From contig JAGOME010000002.1 of NCBI GenBank assembly GCA_017993715.1, positions 41,429 through 105,428 of the forward strand: a stretch of 64,000 nucleotides of DNA, read 5' to 3'. This document shows positions 58,712 through 64,000 of the stretch, in pieces. Numbering within the stretch: the stretch's first letter is position 1; every line of letters begins with the position of its first letter. Position numbers and translations under genes: made by a program. Origin of the DNA: Phycicoccus sp. GTDB taxonomy: Bacteria > Actinomycetota > Actinomycetes > Actinomycetales > Dermatophilaceae. The notes below the pieces were generated by a model that was not told the origin of the DNA, ran no database searches, and worked only from the letters and a program-made list of their open reading frames with translations.

Positions 58712-59871
58712 GCCACCCCCGCGATTCCGGCCTGGCCCTCGTCAGCGACCATGGCGTGCTCGACCCGCGCGGACTCGATCGCCTCACCCAGCAGGGCCCG
58801 CTCCTGCAAGGTCGCCGGGTACCCCCCGCGCACATGCTCCAGGAAGGCACAGCACACCTCTTGGGCGGACGGCGCCTGAACGCGCGCGGCGTAGGACCGG
58901 ACGGCCGGAGCCGCTCCGCGTGGCGCGAACCGCAGCTCGAGGGTGTGCGGGAAGCGGCGGCGAATGCGGTCCATGGCTCCCAGGGGCCGGACTGGATCGG
59001 TGAGCGTCACCTGGCACCAGGCCGACTCGGCAGCGGCGAAGCGGTCTTGAGCGAGCAGGTCGTCGAGATCACCGCTGAGCACTGCCAGGGGCCGCAGCAC
59101 GGGGGCGTCGATCCGCTCGACTCTCGCCGTCCCCGCGGTGACCTCGACCAGGAGCGACCCCTTGCGGTGGTTGGCCTCACCGAAGGACATGGCCACAGGC
59201 GAGCCGCTGTAGTGCTGACCCTCGGCGACCTGCTGGCAGCCATGCAGATGCCCGAGGGCGGCATACGTGAACCCCTGGAACACGTTGGTGCCCACGGCGC
59301 TCACCCCGCCCACGGTGATGTCACGCTCGGACTCGGAGGTGATGCCAGCACCGACGAAGGCATGGGCCATGACGATCCGTGGTGCTCCAGCCGGCGAGGC
59401 CGCCTCGATCCTGGACACGGCAGCGCGCAGGACGCCTGCATGGGTCCGCTCGGCGGCCTCCAGGGGGTCGGCGACGACGAGCGGCTCCAGATAGGGGATC
59501 GGGTAGACCTGGACATCGCCGATCTGCACCGGACGGGTGAGGTCGGACAGGCCGGTCCGCACGTGCACGCCCGCGCGCTCGAGCAGCCCGGACGCGAACC
59601 CCAGCCTGACGGCGGAGTCGTGGTTGCCGCTGGAGATCACGACCTGGGCGCCGGTGTCGACCAGTCGCTCCAGGGTGTCGTCCAGAAGGGCGACCGCGTC
59701 CGGGCCGGGCAGCGCCCGGTCATAGATGTCCCCGGACACCAGCACGGCGTCGAGGCCCTGCGAGCGCACCGTCTCGACGAGATGGTCGAGGAACAGCCCC
59801 TGCGCAGGCAACAGCCCCACCTGGTGGAACGAACGTCCCAGGTGCCAGTCGGAGGTGTGAAGGAACCGCAC
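58708..59871 (-). CDS. sbcD: exonuclease SbcD (Mre11-type phosphoesterase)
   Basis: VRFLHTSDWHLG, SGDIYD, SGNHD. GTG start at 59871 (59880 is an alternative). 4-nt overlap with sbcC. Confidence 0.9.
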   Translation of the reverse strand: MRFLHTSDWHLGRSFHQVGLLPAQGLFLDHLVETVRSQGLDAVLVSGDIYDRALPGPDAVALLDDTLERLVDTGAQVVISSGNHDSAVRLGFASGLLERAGVHVRTGLSDLTRPVQIGDVQVYPIPYLEPLVVADPLEAAERTHAGVLRAAVSRIEAASPAGAPRIVMAHAFVGAGITSESERDITVGGVSAVGTNVFQGFTYAALGHLHGCQQVAEGQHYSGSPVAMSFGEANHRKGSLLVEVTAGTARVERIDAPVLRPLAVLSGDLDDLLAQDRFAAAESAWCQVTLTDPVRPLGAMDRIRRRFPHTLELRFAPRGAAPAVRSYAARVQAPSAQEVCCAFLEHVRGGYPATLQERALLGEAIESARVEHAMVADEGQAGIAGVA

Positions 59872-59964
59872 GACACCCACGCTAGGAGGAGGCACCGACA
59901 CTCCCGGGGACCGAAACACGTCCAGTGGGTTTCTCTTGGGCAGGACATGTGGTTGGGTCTCGCC

Positions 59965-61446
59965 ATGGGTAAAGAGGTCAACGCGCAGAGTTACACGCGC
60001 GAGGAGCGGCAGCGCTACCGCGAGAAGGTCCGAGCCAATCTCGACGTCTTTGAGCTCATGCTCACGACGAGTCAGTTCGAGTTCGAGCGGCCGATGACCG
60101 GCCTGGAGATCGAACTCAACCTCGTCGACGACCACTACGACCCGCATTTCGCCAATGCCGAGGTCCTCCAGGCCATCGCCGATCCGGGCTACCAGACCGA
60201 GCTCGGGCAGTACAACATTGAGCTCAATGTCCCTCCGCGGCCGCTGCCGGGCGAGAGCGCCTTGGAGCTCGAAGAGGAGCTGCGCGCCTCGCTCAATGCC
60301 GCGGATCACAAGGCCCAGGAGGTCGGGTCGACGATCATCGCGATCGGCATTCTGCCGACGATCATGCCCGAGCACTACGAGCGCGAGTGGATCAGCGACA
60401 ACAACCGGTACCTCGCCCTGAACGACTCGATCTTCGTGGCACGAGGCGAGGACATCTACCTCGACATCGAGGGACCCACGGGGGAGCGGATCGCCCGCTA
60501 CTCCGACTCGATCGCGCCGGAGTCCGCCTGCACCAGCGTCCAGCTCCACCTACAGGTTGAGCCGGCCACGTTCGCTGAGCATTGGAATGCTGCCCAGGCC
60601 ATCAGCGCCCCTCAGGTCGCGCTGGCGGCCAACAGCCCCTTCTTCTTCGGCCAGCGACTGCATGCCGAGACCCGTATCCAGCTGTTCACCCAGGCCACCG
60701 ACACCCGTCCCATCGAGCTGAAGAACCAGGGGGTCCGCCCCCGTGTCTTCTTCGGTGAGCGCTGGATCACCTCGATCTTCGACCTGTTCGAGGAGAACGT
60801 CCGCTACTTCCCGGCCCTGCTCGCCGAGACCTCCGACGAGGACCCGCACGCAGCGCTGGAGGCCGGCTCGGCGCCCCAGCTCGACGAGCTGCGCTTGCAC
60901 AACGGCACCGTCTATCGCTGGAACCGCCCCATCTACGACGTCGTGGGCGGCAAGCCGCACCTGCGGGTCGAGAACCGGGTCCTGCCCGCCGGCCCCACCA
61001 TTGCCGACGTCCTGGCCAACGCGGCCTTCTACTACGGCGCGATGCGGATGCTCACGACCCAGGACCGGCCTGTCTGGACCAAGATGAGCTTCCCGGCGTG
61101 TGCCGAGAACTTCGCGCTTGCTGCCCGTGACGGGATTGACGCCCGGCTCTACTGGCCGGGCTTTGGCGAGGTCCCCGCCGACGAGCTCGTCCTGCGCCAC
61201 TTGCTCCCGCTGGCCCACGAGGGTCTGACCGACTGGGGGGTGAGCCAGAGCGTGCGCGACCGCTTCCTCGGTATCATCGAGGGACGGTGTGTGACCGGGG
61301 TCAACGGCGCCACCTGGCAGACCCAGGCGGTCGAGCGGCTGGAGGAACGTGGCCTGGACCGGCGCGAAGCCCTACGCCAGATGCTCGAGATCTACCACGA
61401 GCACATGAGCACCAATGAGCCGGTGCACACCTGGCCCTTGCCCTGA
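59965..61446 (+). CDS. glutamate--cysteine ligase family 2 (GCS2 / carboxylate-amine ligase) protein, long form
   Basis: 493 aa (GLEIELNLVD...QYNIELNVPP...SVQLHLQV...RVENRVLPAGPT). ATG at 59947 is an alternative start. Confidence 0.75.
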   Translation: MGKEVNAQSYTREERQRYREKVRANLDVFELMLTTSQFEFERPMTGLEIELNLVDDHYDPHFANAEVLQAIADPGYQTELGQYNIELNVPPRPLPGESALELEEELRASLNAADHKAQEVGSTIIAIGILPTIMPEHYEREWISDNNRYLALNDSIFVARGEDIYLDIEGPTGERIARYSDSIAPESACTSVQLHLQVEPATFAEHWNAAQAISAPQVALAANSPFFFGQRLHAETRIQLFTQATDTRPIELKNQGVRPRVFFGERWITSIFDLFEENVRYFPALLAETSDEDPHAALEAGSAPQLDELRLHNGTVYRWNRPIYDVVGGKPHLRVENRVLPAGPTIADVLANAAFYYGAMRMLTTQDRPVWTKMSFPACAENFALAARDGIDARLYWPGFGEVPADELVLRHLLPLAHEGLTDWGVSQSVRDRFLGIIEGRCVTGVNGATWQTQAVERLEERGLDRREALRQMLEIYHEHMSTNEPVHTWPLP

Positions 61447-61463
61447 CCCCAGTCCGTGGGCTG

Positions 61464-62081
61464 TCAGCTCACGGCGGTCTCTCGCCGGTTCCAGACCCGG
61501 ATTGCCGGATCATCATGCTGGTATCCGAGCACGCTGACGGCGCCCGGTTCCAGGACCAGCCCCGCAGCGAGCCGCGGCGGCATGCGCAGCCAGGTCGCCG
61601 CCAGCACCCGCAGGAGGTGCCCGTGGGCGACCAACAGGACGTTGCCGTCGGCCAGCACCGGAGTCACCTGGGCCAGGACCCGGGACGCCCGCGCCGCAAC
61701 CTCCTCGATCGTCTCGCCGGGTGTCGATCCCGGGACCACGCCATCGCGAAAGATGTCCCACGGCTGCTGCGTCTTGTCCTGGATCTCGGCGCGGGTCAGC
61801 CCCTCATAGCCGCCGTAGTCCCACTCCTGCAGATCCCGCGTGACCGTCGGCGCGAAACCGGCCAGCTCGGCGGTGCGTCGCGCTCGCTGCAGTGGGGAGG
61901 AGAGCACGAGGGCGAAAGGCAGGTCAGCCAGGGCCGCGCCCGCGCGTCGCGCATCCTGTTCACCCTCGGGCAGGAGGGGAATATCGGTGAGGCCGGTATG
62001 CCGCCCCGAGCGACTCCAGGACGTCTGGCCGTGGCGAACAAGGACCAGACGCCCGGTCGGGAGTGCCAATGGGTACTTCAT
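61464..62081 (-). CDS. histidine phosphatase family protein (phosphoglycerate-mutase-like)
   Basis: LVLVRHGQTSWSRSGRHTGLTDIPL...SSPLQRARRTA...VAHGHLLR. Confidence 0.88.
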   Translation of the reverse strand: MKYPLALPTGRLVLVRHGQTSWSRSGRHTGLTDIPLLPEGEQDARRAGAALADLPFALVLSSPLQRARRTAELAGFAPTVTRDLQEWDYGGYEGLTRAEIQDKTQQPWDIFRDGVVPGSTPGETIEEVAARASRVLAQVTPVLADGNVLLVAHGHLLRVLAATWLRMPPRLAAGLVLEPGAVSVLGYQHDDPAIRVWNRRETAVS

Positions 62082-62172
62082 GTCGCAGCAGACTAGTGTG
62101 CGGGAGGGTCCGGCTCGGTGGTCACGGCGATCGGGCCGGTCATCGGTCACGGCCCAGCATGGAAGGACAAGC

Positions 62173-63513
62173 GTGCGCGATCAGCGAACTCTGAGCGGGT
62201 GGGGCCGCACGGCTCCCACGATGGCCAGGGTCGAACGTCCGGTCAGTGACGAGCAGTTGCAGGAAGCCATTTCCGGAGCGGGGGAGCGTGGTGTCCTGGC
62301 GCGCGGACTCGGCCGGTCCTATGGCGACGCCGCCCAGAATGCCGGGGGGCTGGTCCTGGACCTAACCGACCGAGATCGAGTGCTGCACGACGACGGGGCC
62401 GGGACCCTGCGGGTCGAGAGCGGGGTGAGCCTGGACACCCTCATGCGCCGCTTCGTTCCTGCGGGCTGGTTCGTCCCGGTGACACCGGGAACTCGCCAGG
62501 TCACGGTCGGGGGCGCGATCGGCTCCGACATCCACGGCAAGAACCACCACGTCAAGGGGACCTTCGGCCAGCACATCCGGTCGATGGATCTGCTCCTGGC
62601 CAGCGGTGAGATCCGGACGGTCACGCCGGACGACGCGTTGTTCTGGGCCACCGTGGGCGGCATGGGGCAGACCGGGGTCATCCTGCGCGCCGAGGTGGCG
62701 ATGACGGCGATCGAGTCGGCTTGGTGTGCGGTGGACACCCAGCGGTGCCGCAACCTCGACGAACTCCTGCTGGCGATGGCCGATGACGCGGCCTACGAGT
62801 ATTCGGTGGCCTGGGTCGATTGCCTGGCCAAGGGGGAGTCCCTGGGTCGCTCGGTCCTCACCCGCGGACGCTTCGCGCGCGCCGACGAGCTGTCGGACAA
62901 GCAGGCACACGAGCCCCTGGACTACCGCCCCCGAGTGCTGCTCACAGCGCCCAGTTTCGTCCCCGGCGGCCTGCTCAACAAGTTCTCCGTGGCGGCATTC
63001 AACGAGGTGTGGTTCCGCAAGGCGCCAGCGCACCGGGTGGGTGAGCTGCAGTCGATCACGACCTTCTTCCATCCGTTGGATGGGGTTGCCGACTGGAACC
63101 GGATCTACGGAGCCGGGGGCCTGATCCAGTATCAGATCGTGGTGCCCGACGGACACGAGGACACCATCCGCACGTGCATCGAGGCCTTCAGCAGTGCCGG
63201 TGCCGCGTCCTTCCTGGCTGTCCTCAAGCGTTTCGGCCCGCACAATCCCGGGCCGCTCTCGTTCCCCATGTCGGGCTGGACGCTGGCGCTCGACGTGCCC
63301 GCCACCATGCCGGATCTGGGCCCCCTCCTAGACCGGCTCGACGCCCTCGTCATCGCCGTGGGTGGCCGCGGCTACCTGGCCAAGGACTCGCGTATGACGC
63401 CCGAGACGTTCCGGGCCATGTATCCCCGCTACCCGCAATGGGCGGCGGTGCGTGACGCCGTCGATCCCGAGCACCTCTTTATCTCCGATCTCGCGAGGAG
63501 ACTGGCCCTATGA
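62173..63513 (+). CDS. dprE1: FAD-dependent decaprenylphosphoryl-beta-D-ribose oxidase DprE1-like
   Basis: LSGWGRT...ARGLGRSYGDAAQNAGG...VTPGTRQVTVGGAIGSDIHGKNHH. GTG start preceded by GGAAGGA. Followed by a dprE2-like SDR gene. Confidence 0.85.
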   Translation: MRDQRTLSGWGRTAPTMARVERPVSDEQLQEAISGAGERGVLARGLGRSYGDAAQNAGGLVLDLTDRDRVLHDDGAGTLRVESGVSLDTLMRRFVPAGWFVPVTPGTRQVTVGGAIGSDIHGKNHHVKGTFGQHIRSMDLLLASGEIRTVTPDDALFWATVGGMGQTGVILRAEVAMTAIESAWCAVDTQRCRNLDELLLAMADDAAYEYSVAWVDCLAKGESLGRSVLTRGRFARADELSDKQAHEPLDYRPRVLLTAPSFVPGGLLNKFSVAAFNEVWFRKAPAHRVGELQSITTFFHPLDGVADWNRIYGAGGLIQYQIVVPDGHEDTIRTCIEAFSSAGAASFLAVLKRFGPHNPGPLSFPMSGWTLALDVPATMPDLGPLLDRLDALVIAVGGRGYLAKDSRMTPETFRAMYPRYPQWAAVRDAVDPEHLFISDLARRLAL

Positions 63514-64000
63514 GAAACGCACTCGGCTCCTACCAGCGGGTGGTGCTGCTGGGTGGCACCTCCGCCATCGCCGTGGCCACGGTGTCGCGCTGGGCCGCCA
63601 CAAGCCCCGGTCTCGAGGTGGTCCTCGCGGCGCGCCCCTCGAACAAGCGTGACGGAGTGGCGGCTGAGCTCGCCGCACGGGGGGCCCGGGTCGAGGCAGT
63701 TGACCTCGACGTCGAGGCCGACCCTGCCGTGCAGCAGGAGACCATGGCCGCCGTTTACGGCCGCGACCGTGCCGATGTCGATGTCGTCCTCGTGGCGTTC
63801 GGTGTGCTGGGGGATCAGGAACAGGCCTGGCAGGACCCTGACGCCGCCGTGCGAATGATCGACGTCAACATGCGATCGGCCGTCCTGCACGGAGTGCTGG
63901 CGGCCAATCGCCTGCGAGTCCAGGGACACGGCGCGCTGGTGCTGCTCTCGACGGTGGCCGGGGAACGGGTCCGCCGGAGCAACTTCGTGTACGGAGCCAC
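63510..64000 (+). CDS. dprE2: decaprenylphospho-beta-D-erythro-pentofuranosid-2-ulose 2-reductase DprE2-like SDR (5' part, runs off the window)
   Basis: My own translation from ATG 63510 (ATGA overlap with dprE1): MRNALGSYQRVVLLGGTSAIAVAT...VLLSTVAGERVRRSNFVYGA. No stop before the window end. Confidence 0.8.
   Translation, partial: MRNALGSYQRVVLLGGTSAIAVATVSRWAATSPGLEVVLAARPSNKRDGVAAELAARGARVEAVDLDVEADPAVQQETMAAVYGRDRADVDVVLVAFGVLGDQEQAWQDPDAAVRMIDVNMRSAVLHGVLAANRLRVQGHGALVLLSTVAGERVRRSNFVYGA

Noticed and set aside
57086-58879. 597-aa plus-strand ORF, and the 5' part of the 896-aa ORF at 58756-61446
   Set aside because: They are antisense to sbcC and sbcD. Only the segment from ATG 59965 onward (the GCS2 ligase) has recognisable protein features.
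55667-59871. SbcC/SbcD pair considered as a possible SMC-type defence system (Lamassu/Wadjet-like)
   Set aside because: The two genes have the standard SbcCD architecture: an Mre11-type phosphoesterase plus a Rad50-like ATPase with a CxxC zinc hook, overlapping by 4 nt. They have no extra effector or kleisin-like genes. The pair matches housekeeping SbcCD as in mycobacterial Rv1277/Rv1278.

Overview
This is a very GC-rich (third codon positions almost always G/C), densely coding actinobacterial chromosome segment. I call about 68 protein genes, one tRNA and one riboswitch. Most long ORFs on the opposite strand of these genes are high-GC artefacts. Most of the window is housekeeping in gene orders I recognise from Streptomyces and Mycobacterium. 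Block 1 (0.2-18.4 kb) is pdxS, pdxT, yebC, ruvCAB, yajC, secDF, apt, relA, a DUF349 gene, a cyclophilin, an MBL hydrolase and hisS, as in M. tuberculosis Rv2606c-Rv2580c. Block 2 (22-32.6 kb) is lrp/ald, xerD, parA-like, scpAB, rluB-like, tyrA, cmk, plsC-like, der and tRNA-Pro, as in Rv1701-Rv1713. Block 3 (45.5-54.2 kb) is pgsA-like, DUF881, sbp, DUF881, gcvH, garA, merR, a bifunctional nuclease, merR, a glycine riboswitch and gcvP, as in Rv1822-Rv1832. The window ends with a LuxR-type regulator, sbcDC, a GCS2-type ligase, a histidine phosphatase and dprE1/dprE2. The accessory-looking part is 32.6-45.4 kb and starts exactly at tRNA-Pro(GGG). It begins with a 108-bp direct repeat that duplicates the tRNA 3' end plus its terminator hairpin. 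It then carries a SUKH/SMI1-KNR4-like protein, an Ada-Zn-like small protein, two back-to-back exporter/two-component modules (MMPL and ABC-2), a Tat-signal 4-Cys protein of unknown function, and a translationally coupled GHMP-kinase/PatB pair. I saw no CRISPR array, transposase, integrase, prophage or known defence system. I could not identify a convincing complete novel multi-gene system. The best leads are the att-like repeat with its neighbouring orphan genes, the twin transporter/two-component-system (TCS) modules with perfect palindromes in their divergent promoters, the GHMP-PatB pair, and several unexplained repeats and hairpins in intergenic DNA. All family assignments come from motif recognition by eye, not from searches.
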